The notes under the pieces were generated by a model. That model did no database searches. It was not told the DNA's origin and saw only the letters and a program-made list of their open reading frames with translations. DNA of 64,000 bases from Mobula hypostoma (taxonomy: Eukaryota), in contig NC_086108.1 of assembly GCF_963921235.1 (NCBI RefSeq), forward strand, positions 15,066,001-15,130,000. The letters run 5' to 3'. Made by a program: the position numbers and the translations under genes. Shown here piece after piece: positions 13,511 through 25,825 of the stretch. Each line of letters starts with the position of its first letter. The stretch's first letter is position 1.

Positions 13511-14265
13511 TAAAGAGGACAAAGTCAGCAGTGGGGAGGGACCATACCTGCAGGTTCCCCTGCTAAATGCGCATTCTCAATACAAAAATATTCCTTCATG
13601 TTGTTGAGTAGGAATGTGCTACCGAAGTATACTGAAGTTGTACCTTCATTCACAAACTCTAGTACATAAAGGAAACAGCCAACCACCTATCGTTAGAGGT
13701 GATGGAGAAGACATTAAATAGTGGTCTTGCAGATAACACCAAATCCTGTGTATGAAGATGAACTTGCCACTTCAACAAACTATTGTCTACTTACTTGTCC
13801 CTATGTCATTTTCAGCCAGGGATGTTTCCACTCAGTTAAAAGTTGTTAGTCACAAAGACTCTGGCATTGACTGATTTGGAACACATCAAAAAGGCACCAT
13901 AGACCTCTACTTCCTTAAAAGTTTATGTAGGTTTGGCATGTAATCAAAAACTTCGACAAATTTTTGGAGATGCACACTGTAGAGCTTCCTAACTGGTTGT
14001 ATCACAGCCTGCTTACCGAAAGTGGTGCATACTTCCCAGGCAAAGCCTTCCCCACCATTGAGTACATTTATATGGAGCAATGCCACAAGAAAGCAACATT
14101 CATCATCAAAGACCCCACCATCCATCCCATGCTGTCTTCTCACTGCAACCATTGTGCATGAGGTACAGAGCCTTGGGGTTCACACTGCCAAGTTCAGGAA
14201 CAGTTATTACCTTACAGCCATAAAGCTCCGGAGCTTGTATTGAACTGTATTGTGTTGTGTTGCAG

Positions 14266-14505
14266 GTGTGGTGCTCAGCAGTGCAGCACAGAGTGTGCTG
14301 AGCCGGCCCATGCAGAGGAAGCTGGTCACACTGGTTCACTGCCAGCTGGTGGAAGAGGAGGGCCGGATCCGGGCAATGCGGGCTGCACGTTCATTAGGGG
14401 AACGCACTGTCACCGAGCTCATCCTCCAGCATCAGAACCCACAGCAACTCTCCTCCAATCTCTGGGCTGCTGTCAGAGCCAGGGGCTGCCAATTTCTCGG
14501 ACCAG
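14266..14505 (+). CDS. RC3H1: Roquin-1 exon (approx. 4), HEPN-N and start of [82 protein letters not shown]
   Basis: ORF 14250..14522; tgcag acceptor, G|gtgca donor; phase 1 to 1. Confidence 0.97.
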
Positions 14506-15107
14506 GTGCAATACCGATTTAATGCTGTAGATTCACTTTAGTGTTTACCACACAGCTTCACTGGCAAGAGGCTAAGTATTTTCCAAATTCTTGCATTATC
14601 GTTGCTGGGGAAGGGGCTGCTTATTGAAATCCCCCACTGCCATCTGTCCACCACCCCAAAAGAAGGACATGGGGAAAGAGGAAAATGTAGAGTAATATTT
14701 TACCCTGCCCACACTACCCCTTCAGAGGTTGTTGGGGTAGGTGAAGCACGAGCTAGAGACAGTAATGTTCCATCTACATTCTCTCATCTAACACACCCTG
14801 TTAAAATGTGGCTGAGGTATAATTCCCTTTAGCCCTTCTCACCGAAGAAAATCATTTTTAGTCTTATTATTTAACATCACTGCTTGCAATTTAACAGAAT
14901 TTAGGTTGTTTGCAACCTTTGTGGGAAAACTCCCGACTCACCTTGCTGATAAAACAAGCTGTACCATTGAGGGATATGTAACTGTGAAATAATAAGGTGG
15001 ATTTAGAGAAACTAAGGCACAGGAGGCTATACCTTTGGGTCCAGATGAACAGGGTTGTGAATGGTTGATCTTCACCTTGTTGAGTGAGTGATCTGTTTGG
15101 CTCCCAG

Positions 15108-15283
15108 CAATGCAGGAAGAAGCTCTCAAACTTGTCCTCCTCGCACTGGAAGATGGTTCTGCACTCTCAAGGAAAGTCCTGGTGCTGTTTGTGGTTCAGA
15201 GACTGGAACCACGATTTCCTCAAGCCTCAAAGACCAGCATTGGCCATGTGGTGCAGCTCCTGTACAGAGCATCATGTTTCAAA
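15108..15283 (+). CDS. RC3H1: Roquin-1 exon (approx. 5), ROQ domain: (A)[58 protein letters not shown]
   Basis: ORF 15110..15367; cccag acceptor, AAA|gtaagt donor; includes the Met equivalent to the sanroque site M199. Confidence 0.97.
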
Positions 15284-15952
15284 GTAAGTCTGGTATCATC
15301 TTTGGCAGCAATTGAAGTGCACCAATTGGGTATTGCTGAATCAGTTCAAGGGCATCTTCTGTGTTGAATAATTAATATGATTTCTATGTATAAAGGACAA
15401 AGTTTACTAAAATACAATAAAGTATTTTGCATTCTGTTGATGAGACTGAATTCAACCTCTCCAGCTCTCTGTAGACAGGCACCTGGTGTTGGAGATTTCT
15501 TCTAGGTAAATAATATGAAGACAATAGCCATTGCCCTCGTTGTAGGATGAGTGTACAGGGGTGGCTGATGGTCAGCATGGAATCAGTGGGTTGAAGGGCC
15601 TGTTTCTGTGATCTCTACGACTAATATCTGCCATTGAGTCAATTAGCCTCCTAAACCATTAGACATTGGTCCAGACAATTGCAGCCTTCCTAACTCAACA
15701 ATAACCTCAGTAATTTTCATTCTTAACCTTTGCTTACATTTTATTCCCATGGCAACAGTTAAAAATAATCCTGCTTTTCTCACTTGTACTTCCTCGAAAC
15801 ATCTTTTATTTTTTTACTCCAGTATTGCTCCCTTTTTTTTGCCATTTGATCTTTCCTGCCTTTTACCCTAAAAACAAACTTTTCCTTTTGTACTTTGTTC
15901 TCCTCGACACTACCCAACCTGGTACTTGCTGAAAACTATTGCACCATTAATA

Positions 15953-16170
15953 ACAAACACAGGAAAGTCTGCAGATACTGGAAATCTAAGCAACCCACAC
16001 AAAATGCTGGAGGAACTCAGCAAGTCAGGAAGCATCTATGGAAAAGAGTGAACAGTCGACGTTTTTGGCCAAAACATGAAGAAGGGTCTCAGCCTGAAAC
16101 ATCAACTGTTTACTCTTTTCCATAGATGCTGCCTGGCCTTCTGAGTATCGTCAGCATTTTGTATGTGTTG
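15953..16170. mobile_element. Fold-back PLE-tail element, same family as 3601-3781, opposite orientation
   Basis: Arms about 15991-16064 and 16097-16170; imperfect direct repeat ttgcacca(t/c)t(a/g)ata at 15939-15952 and 16168-16181; degenerate hammerhead in the loop. Confidence 0.8.
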
Positions 16171-16699
16171 CACCACTGATATTTTACACTGGTTGTGAAA
16201 GAGCTTGAGCCTCCTGCAGCCGTAGTTTGGTCCTGAAGGCTGGCTCTGTATTTCCAAGTTTCCTGTGTTTCATCTCCTGCACTAACTGCCTTTTTCTACT
16301 TCTCAAACATTGCCTGTCTGCCCTTCCTCAGCTCACCTGCAGTGGAAACCTTATCCATGCTTTGTTACCTCTTAATTATTCACTGACTGGACTTTTCTGC
16401 CCCTCCCAGTAACTTGAACTGATCCCAGGACCTATTCCCATGAAGCAATGACTGAGCTGTCACTTTTTCAGTCTTGTTGATAGTTTTGTATATTCCTGGA
16501 ACTTTCTATATTAGTTACGTGTATTCCCGGCACACAATTTTTGGCAATACGTATTGCATTACTCATGAAGTACTCTGTAGGTTGTCCTTGTACAAATAAA
16601 ATGTTTAACTGGAGACCTGTGGAACTGTTTTGTAAAAGTGCGGGAGGACAAAGATTGGTGGTGTTGTGCACAGTGTAGAAGTTTGCCTAAGACCACAAG

Positions 16700-17930
16700 A
16701 CATGACAGAATTAGGCATTCAGCCCTTCTAATCTGCTCCACCGTTCTTTCAAGGCTGATTCAACCACATTCTCCTGTTTTCTCCCGTAACCCAAACTACC
16801 TGCATGTTAAAATCCCCTATAAGGATCAAATATTCCCCTATTCATATGCCTATCTATCTCCTTGGCTACTGCTTGGAGGCCTGTATATAACTCCCATCAG
16901 GGTCATTTTTAACCTTGCAACTCTACCCACATGGATTTTACATCTACTGATCCTATGTCACCCAGCCTTTTTGTAGAAGTCATTACCTTCCCATGAAGAG
17001 ATCCCAGTGATCCATAAATCTGAAACCCTTCCTCCTGCATTGATTTCTCAGCTACACATTCATCTGCCAAATCATCCATTCTACCCTTACTGGTATGTGG
17101 CACAACCAACTGGAAGTCATGGTTTTCAGCTTTCTACCTAACTCCCTATATACTCTTTGCAGGACCTCCTCCCTTTACAACCCTTTGTCGTTGGTACCAA
17201 TACATACCACAACTTCTGGCTGCTCACACTCCCACTTTAGAAAGCTGTGGGCCCAGTCCGAGACATCCCTGACCCTGGCACCTGGGATGCATCATATCAT
17301 CCTGATGTCTCTTTCACATCCACGGAATCTTCTGTCTGCTCCCCTAGTTATCACTATTGCACTCCTCTTCTCTTCTGTCCCCGTCCCCACCCCCACCCCC
17401 CCACCTTGCCTCCTGAGCCACAGACCTCAGTGCCAGAGACCTGAGCTGACCACTCTGGCTATCTTTTGCTAGGTCATTGCCCCCAACCCCAGAAGTATCC
17501 AAACCTGTTTGTTGAGAGGAACAGCACAGGGGTGCTCTGCTCTGGTTGCCTATCCCCTTTCCCCTCTTGACAGTCACCCAGTTACCTATGTCCTCCCTCC
17601 CTGTATGTCCTGTCAATCAACCCCTCAACTTCCCGAATGATCCAGACTTCTTCCAGTTCCAGCTGCAATTCCTTAACACGGTCTGAAAGAAGCTGCAGCT
17701 GTATGCACTTCTTGCGGCTGTAGTCATCAGAGATACTGGAGGTCTCCCTGCTTTCCCATATCCCACATGAAGAGCATTCCACTATCCTGGTTGCCACCCA
17801 CACTGCTCTAACTGTGCAATAAGAAAGAAAGAAAAATTAAACACAAAAATATACCTGTTATACTCTCCACCTCTCCTCGTTGATGCCTCTGTGTCAAAAC
17901 CTGAGCTCCCCACTCTAAGCACTACTTTTT
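16700..17930 (-). mobile_element. Internally deleted CR1 LINE with ORF1 remnant (zinc finger/leucine zipper) and APE fragment
   Basis: ORF 17582..17803 VECSSCGIWE...KKCIQLQLLSDRVKELQLELEE; NWVTVKRGKG; SMWVEL. Confidence 0.75.
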
Positions 17931-18039
17931 ACTGGCCCTTGCCAGATGCCTAATTATACACAATCCGATGTCTGCTGGGGAACTGTAGCACACAAAGTCC
18001 CAACTAACCCCACTCAGATCTGTTGAATAAAGGATACAG

Positions 18040-18850
18040 TGGGGTACCGATCAATTGCAGATATGGACTGAGAAATGCAGGTGGAGTTTAATCTAAGCAA
18101 ATGTATAGTGTTGCACTGTTAATGGCGAAGTACTGAAAGGCATTGATGTGTGGAGGGATTTTGGGATCCAGGTTTATAATTCTCTAAGTGGCTGAACAGG
18201 TTAATGAGATGATAAGGAAGGCATATTGCACATTTGCCTTTATTGATTGAGGCATTGAGTTGAAAGTTATATTACAGCTTTATAAAACACTGGTTGGGTC
18301 AAACGATGAGTATTACTTTCAGTTCTGGTCGCCCTATTAGAAGGATGTGGAGAGCATGGAGAGGGTGCAGAAGATATTTATCATGAGGGTGCTATGGATT
18401 AGATGCTATGTGCTATTAGGAGGAGTTGGATAAACTACAGTTTTCTCTGGAGTAGCAGAGGTTGGGTGGAGACCTGATAGAAGTTTATAAAATTATGGGA
18501 GGTATAGATAGAGAAAACAATGGTATCTTTTTCCCAGAATTGAATTGTCTAATACCAGAGGGCATGCATTAAGGTGAGAGGGGGTAAGTTCAAAGGAGAT
18601 GTGTGATGAAGGTTTTTTTTTCTCCAGAACATGGTGGATGCCTTGAATGCGCTGCCAGGGTTGGTGGTGGAGAAAGATATAACAGAGGTGTTGAAGAGGC
18701 TCCTAGATAGGCATGTGAATATGCACAGAATGGTGGGATGTAGACTGTTTGTGGGTAGAAAGGAATGTGTCTTTAGCTTAATTAGTTTGGCACAGCATCA
18801 TAGCCCAAAGGTTGTTGCTGTGCTGTACTGTTCTGTGTTGTATGTTTTCC
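18040..18850 (+). mobile_element. CR1 LINE 3' fragment
   Basis: LYKTLV, ERVQ, GDLIEVYKI motifs; tail ctgttctgtgttgtatgtt. Confidence 0.75.
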
Positions 18851-19079
18851 TTTGATCAATGTTTGACTACTAAAGCAAACATTCTAATCATTATTTGCTG
18901 TGGTAGCTTGTTGTGCACAGATTATTTCCAGCATAACAACAGTGACCACACACTTCTAAGTACCTGTACTTCGGTTGTACTACATTTGGGGCTTCCTGTA
19001 AGTAAAGCCAAAGCATGATTATAAATGCAAATATGTCACTGACCCACAATGGTTCCCTGGGACTGAAAACTAACAACCA

Positions 19080-19345
19080 TAATTCTTAATCCTATCAGAT
19101 TCCTCCTCCTCCGACCCTTTACCTTTCCCACCACCTGGCTTCACCTATCACCTTCCAGCTAGCCTCCTTCCTGTCCCCCACCTTCTTATTCTGGCATCTT
19201 CCCCTTCCTTTTCAGTTCTAAAGAAGGATCACAGCCTGAAACGTCAACTGTTTGTTCATTTCCATAGATGCTGCTAGACCTAAGTTCCTCCAACATGTTG
19301 TTTGTGTTGCTTTGGATTACCAGCATTTGCAGGCTTTATTTCTGC
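19080..19345 (+). mobile_element. PLE 3' UTR fragment with mutated hammerhead (19213-19250)
   Basis: Colinear with 830-1050; cagtt-CTAAAGA...GAAAC-GTC-aactg. Confidence 0.7.
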
Positions 19346-21521
19346 AAATGCCTGACTTCAACAATTTCTGTAACTCTATCTTGCCCTACAGTGAAGACTG
19401 TTCACCATTTGGTAACTCCATCTTGCCCTCTCTGAACTCTTGAGTTACAGTCTTTGTATCTTTATCACTCCATCATTGGTCCTTGTGCCTTCACTTATCT
19501 AGATCCAAAGCCTTGGAATTCCAAATCACTTAAACCCTTAAAGTTACTCTTCAAAACTTGCCTCATTGACCAGATATCTTAATATTGGCAAGTGGTTCTC
19601 TCTAAATGTTTAGCAGGTAACACTGCTGTGAAGCAGCTTGCAATTTTTCAAAGGTATAATTGTTGCAAATGATGAGAAGGAGAATGGCAAATCACATAAT
19701 GCCACAGATGGTCTGGTGGTTTGGATAGACACTGGGCAGAGGAAAGTTTACTGCAAATGTGAAAGATATCTTTAGCAAAGGAATTACGTGCATTAAAGCA
19801 AAGATCTGAAAATGCATGCACAAATGTTTAGAGGTTACAAACCATACTCAGAATTTTTTTTTTAGAATAGTGATGGCTAATAACTAGTAAATAGGAATGT
19901 GAATTGTCCGTATGTGGTAACAGGGAACTACAGACAGCGCCTAAAATTAGACACATCATCAGTGATGATGTACAAGTTTCAGAAATGTGCGCCCATTGTT
20001 GTAATACAAAATTGGATCTATTGTTAACTAAGTTGGACTTTTTTTTATTTTGTAATTCTGTAATCGTTTTATTCTGTAATCAAGACCATAATTAAGTCTT
20101 TCTGTAACCACCGTTCCGCAGTCAAAACCTAGTATTACTGTTAATCAAGTCTCTGTGTAATCTTGTCAGCTGAGAATGTAAAAGCTGTACCAAATTCACA
20201 CTTGGGTAGATCAGCTTTGACTGGTCTCCTGGTGTGCATCAGTTTTAATAAATCACCCATTGCTTTGAACACAACTCTGTATGGTTTTTCCATTTGCTCC
20301 TACATGTAGTGTAAATAAAGAAATAGTGTGAAAACTAAGGAATATTTGTAATTCACACCACTCTCTGTTCTAAGCCTAATAAAAGGTGTTCTTAACTTTA
20401 ACCCTAAGAGAGGATATCTCCCAGGATGATGTCATTGATTGAATGGACAGGATCCTAAAAGTTATTGACATAGGTTCAATGATGAATTTTCTAAGTATAC
20501 TGGATGAGTAGTTCCAGGAAAAATCTGTAGTTTAGGAAGACAGGAATTTGATAGATCGACTGTTCCCTAAGTATGCTGGCCTAAATGACAAATTATGCTG
20601 GAAAATTGTATTACAGCTACAACAAATAACCTCAGTTAGTTTATATTGGGGCTTTTTCTGATGACACACATTACAATGAAATAAAAGATTGCTCACTTTC
20701 ACTTTCTCCGAATAGTATTCAGAATTAGTGAAGTCTTTTCAAGGTTACCCTGTTGCTAAGGCAGTGCTGAATATAGCCTACTGCTACAGAGGGCACACTG
20801 TATGCCTGGTATGGAAACACCAATGCTCAAGAATGGAAAATCTACAAGAAACCCAGTCCATCACAGGCAAAGACCTCCCCACCATTGAGTAGTCTAAAAG
20901 GAGCACTGCCACAAGAAAGCAGCATCCATCATCAAGGACCCTAACACACAGGCCATGCGCTCTTCTCACTGCTGCCACCAGGAAGGAGATACAGGAGCCT
21001 CATGTCCCACACCACCTGGTTCAGGAACAGTTATTATCCTTCAGCCATCAAGCTCCTGAATCACTGTGGATAACTGTTTATGAGGCAGTGTTGGCTGTTT
21101 GCCTTTCATCACTGAGCTCCTGTTTATTAAGTTGCATAGGATTTAATGGTCATTAGTTGTTACTACAAGCCTAAGGTTTTAGGGTACTTGGAGGCATAAG
21201 ATGAAATAGGCCAGTCAGCATGGTTTCCTAAAGGGGAAATCTTACATGACAAATCTATTGGAATTGTTTGAGGAAATTACAGGCAGGATAAATAAAGGAG
21301 AGTCATTGGATGTTTGTACTTGGATTTTCAGAAGGCCTTTGACAAGGTGTCGCATATGGTAAGGGCCAGTGGTATTACAGGAAAGAAACTGGCATAGCCA
21401 GAATATTGGCTAGCTGTCAGATGTCAAAGAGTGGGAATAAAGGGTGCCTTTTACCAGTTGGCTACCGATGACTAGTGGTGTTACACGGGGGTTGGTGTTG
21501 GGTCAGGTACTTTTCACATTA

Positions 21522-22248
21522 CAATGGATTCAGGTTGGATGGGCCGTTGGTTAATCCGGGCAACCGCTTATTTGGGACAGGAGGTGGTTGGCGAACAGTT
21601 TCTAACTAATGTCAGTTGTGAGTGCTTGTGTGGCCATTAGATGCTACCGGGTGCTTAGAGCAAACTGTGTTAAATAGCCTCAGTTGTGTGTGCTTGTGTT
21701 CAAAAAGCAGTGATTTTTGTCACTGATGGTTGTTGAGAAATAAGCAATAAGACCATTCAGAATTGTTTCGCTTACTGTGGTTTCAATCAGGCTTGAGGAT
21801 GCCAGAAATGGTCTGGAGTAAAACTTTCACTACTTCATTAAGTTAGGAACTATGAAGAATTTAATGGTATCACCAATCATCTTGAATGTTACAATGAAAA
21901 ATGAAGATTTGGAAAATGAAATCATCCTAAAGCATTGTTTGAAGCATAGATATCTGCACTGATATTGTTCATTTACACAGACAATTGAAGGGCACAGCAC
22001 GAACATAGGATGAATTTCTCCATCAATAACTATTGTGAACTAATACACAATTTTTATAGTACTATAGTATTGGTACTTTTCAAATTTGTTCTGTATTTCA
22101 TTTAAATATATAATTTGTTACTCAGTTAAACAGTAGTTTGACTTTTTATACTTAACTATTTCAATGAAGTTTTGGTTAACTAGGGCAGCTGCTTAATTGG
22201 ACCAAAATATACTGGTCCTAGTGTGTCTCAATTATCTGGAATCCACTG
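21522..22248. mobile_element. Non-autonomous Tigger/pogo-type element
   Basis: TA-caatggattcagg ... ctggaatccactg-TA; splits the CR1 LFTL|YVNDLD motif exactly at a TA. Confidence 0.8.
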
Positions 22249-23074
22249 TATATGTTAATGATCTAGATGATGCCAAGTTTACAGATTATATAAAGATAGG
22301 TGGAGGCAGGTAGTGTTAAGGAAACGGAGTCTGCAGAAGGACTTGGACAGATTGGGAGAATTGGCAAAGAAGTGGCAAATGGAATGCAGCATATGGAAGT
22401 GTATAGTTATTCCATTTGGTAGAAGGAATAAAGACATAGACTATTTTCTAAATGGGGAACAAATTCCGAAATCGAAGGGACAAAAGGACTTGGATGTCCT
22501 AGTGCACGGTTCCCTAAAGATTAACTTGCACATTGAGTTAATAGTAAGGAAGACGTGCATTGTTAGCCTTCATTTCGAGAGAACTAGAATATAAAAGCAA
22601 GGGTGTAATCCTGCATTTTATAAGGTATTATTCAGACCATATTTGGAGCATTGGTAGCAGTTTTGCACCCCATTTCTCAAAAAAGATAATGCTGGCATTG
22701 GAGAGTCAGAGGAGATTTGTGAGAATGATCTTGGGAATGAAAGAATTAACATCTGAGGAGTGTTTGGTGGCTCTGGGCCTGTACTCGCTGGAGGTTATAA
22801 GGATGGGGGGAGGATCTCATTGAAACCCATTGAATACTGAAAGGCCTGGATGAAGTGGATATGCAGAGGATCTTTCCAATAGTCAGAGAGTCTAGGACCA
22901 GGGGGCACAACCTCAGAATACAAAGATACCCCTTTAGAACAGAGATGAGGAGGAGTTTCTGTAGCCAGTGGGTGGTGAATCTGTAGAAATCATTGCCACA
23001 GAAGGCTGTGAATGCCAAGACATTGAGTATATTTGAAACAGAGGTTGGTAGGTACTCAATAAGAGATCATAGAT

Positions 23075-23422
23075 CAGTGGTCCCCAACCTCCGGGCTACG
23101 GACCGATACATTGCCATGAAGAATGCAGTGGTGCAGCGGTAGCCAGAACGCACCCAGCACATCTTTAAGAAAAAAGCTGAAATAAACAAGCTAATTAATT
23201 AGGTGCCGCCCGGCACGCAAATGTCAGCCCAGATCAGAGGCGATTGTCGATTGCGTTCCCTCTGATCTGGGCTGACATTTACGTGCCGGGCGTCACCGAA
23301 TTAATTAGCTTGTTTATTTCGGCTTTTTTCTTAAAGATGTGCTGGATGCGTTCCGACTACCACTGCACCACTGCATTCTTTGAGGCAATGTATCGGTCCG
23401 TGGCCTGGAGGTTGGGACCACT
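23075..23422. mobile_element. hAT/Charlie-like palindromic MITE
   Basis: Termini cagtggtccccaacct / aggttgggaccact; arms of about 165 bp nearly complementary over their whole length; right TSD eroded. Confidence 0.85.
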
Positions 23423-25089
23423 CATTATGGGGAATAGCAGGAGAATGAAGTTGAAAAATACATTAGCCGTGATCAAATGGCGGAGCAGACTCAATGGGCT
23501 GAATGGCTTAATTCTGCTCCTATGTCTCATGGTCATAGACTATTTTTAACAGGAAACACAAGGGACTACAGATGCTTGAACCTGGAGCAACACAGAAAAA
23601 GTTGGAGGAACTCAGTGGATCAAGCAGGAGGCAAAGGGACAGTCGACTTTTCAAGACCTTTAGCTAGACTGTCTCGACCCTGAATTTCCTCTGTCCATTT
23701 TCCTCGGTAGATGCTGATTCATCTGCTGAGTTCTTCCTTTCTTGACAGTTAATGAATACTATCAGTCAAATGATATTTAGTTCTTATTCTTTCTTTGTCT
23801 GTTACAGTCCTACTTAATTACCAAGCCCATAGTTGTCCACTGTGAAGAAGTATTTACTTTTATTGGTGCTATCGTAATGTTAGCATTTATTGCCCATCTC
23901 AAACACCCCAGCGAACAATTGGTTATGTAGAAGCTAGACACTAAGTGAGGAAGGGAGGTTCCTTCCCTGAGGGACATCGGTGAACCAGATGCTTACTTGA
24001 TGACCTGGAGGTTTCATAGATCATTTGTGTTAAATCGATACTCTCAGCTGACAGGGTGTGATTGGAACTTGTGTCCCTAGATCCAGTAATGCAGCCACTT
24101 ATCTCCCTCTGTTATTTATACCTTATTTTGTATTTGCATATTAGTAAATAAGCTTATTGTACCAAGGGACAGTGAAAAACTTTTTGTACCATCCATACAC
24201 ATAATTTCATTATAACAGTGCATTGAGGTAGTACAAGGGGAAATAATAACAAAATGCAGAATATAGTGTTACAGAGAAAGTGCAGTCAGATAATACGGTG
24301 CAAGGACATAGCAAAGTAAACTGTACTAGGGGATAGTTCAATATCTTGTAACAGGATAGAAGTTATTCTTGACCCTGTTGATAAACACTTTCAATTTTTG
24401 TATCTTCTGCCTGATGGGAGGGAGTAGAAGAGAGAATATCCAGAGTGGGTGGGGTCTTTGCTTATGCTGGCTTCTTTACCAAGGTAGCGAGAAGTGTAGA
24501 TGGAGTCTGTGGCGGGAAGGTTAGTTTCTGCGATGCCCAAAGCTATATCCACAACTCTGCACTTTCTTGTGGCCTCCGGCAGAGCGTTTGCTGTACCAAA
24601 CTGATGCCTCCAGATAGGATGCTTTCTAAGTTGCATCTATAAAAATTGGTAGTGAAATGCAACATTCCAAATTTCTTTAGCATTCTGAGAAAGTAGAGGA
24701 ACTAGTGAGCCTTCTTGGCTGTGGATTCTACATGGTTGGATCAGAGCAGGCTGTTGGTAATGATGGACCAGAGCAGACTAGATAGGGGTGATGATGAAAC
24801 CTGAAGTTTCAACTCTCTCGACCTCAGCACTGTTGATGTATGCAGGAGTGTGTATACTGCCCCTTCCTGAAGTCAGTAACTGAGGCACGTTTATTGCTTC
24901 AGCTATGTTATAGAACTAGTTCAGTGGTTATTCAGATATTTGAATGTTCAGTCATTGTTATAGTGGGAACATTTACAGGCGATTATCTGTTTCCATGTCT
25001 GTGTTTAATTATTATTTGCTTTTACTGGGTCTGTGGTAAATGGCTTTACTGTTCCTGGCTTTGTGTTGACAGTCTGCTCACCATTACAG

Positions 25090-25290
25090 GTCACAAAGAG
25101 AGATGAAGATTCATCTCTCATGCAACTGAAGGAGGAGTTCCGGACCTATGAGGCACTGCGGCGGGAACATGACTCTCAGATCGTGCAGATTGCCATGGAA
25201 GCAGGGCTTCGCATTGCTCCCGACCAATGGTCCTCTCTCCTTTATGGGGATCTGTCACACAAGTCCCACATGCAATCTATTATTGACAAG
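25090..25290 (+). CDS. RC3H1: Roquin-1 exon (approx. 6): [67 protein letters not shown]
   Basis: ORF 25033..25383; tacag acceptor, AAG|gtatg donor; 201 bp, phase 0 to 0. Confidence 0.97.
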
Positions 25291-25825
25291 GTATGCCAGC
25301 TGTTTACTAGTTATACTTGGGGACAAACTCAGCAATCTACTGTCCCACTCTTCTTTGCAGAGAATAAAATTAGTTTTTATTGAAACTTAGTTTTCTTTGA
25401 AACTGCACAGACCTCTTTGAATGTTACTGTGGGTTGCATTGAGCTCTGATGTTTGGCAGGACCTGAACCATGCTGTAAAAAGGTGGTTGGCATTTGTTGC
25501 AGAGAAGAGTGAATGGCTGAACTCTCTTAAAATGCTGATTGATGAATTAGAACTAGGTTCTGCTTTTAAGCTGTATCATGGGATATTTACCATCCATTGC
25601 ACAGGTCACCTTAATTAATTGAACTTAGACCTTGAACTTTGCTGCCAGTACATACAGATTGCTCTGTCGTGTTTACATAGTTTGGCTGCATAGAGTTTAA
25701 AAATGAATGGTATCAAAAATCACAGATCTTGGTAGTGAAGATATAAGATAATTTACCATATACAACAGGAAAAAGTGTGCCTAGAAATTTCATCAGAAGA
25801 TTAAGTGAGCAATAAAAATCTATTT

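Larger units (their letters stand above)
21175..23540 (+). mobile_element. CR1 LINE RT/3' fragment interrupted by two MITEs
   Basis: LDFQKAFDKV, LQKDLDRLGELAKKWQME, MLAFISRELEYKS motifs. Confidence 0.85.

Noticed and set aside
20479..20590. aatgatgaattt C-box-like motif
   Set aside because: No suitably placed D box or terminal stem; the context resembles a decayed CR1 3' end
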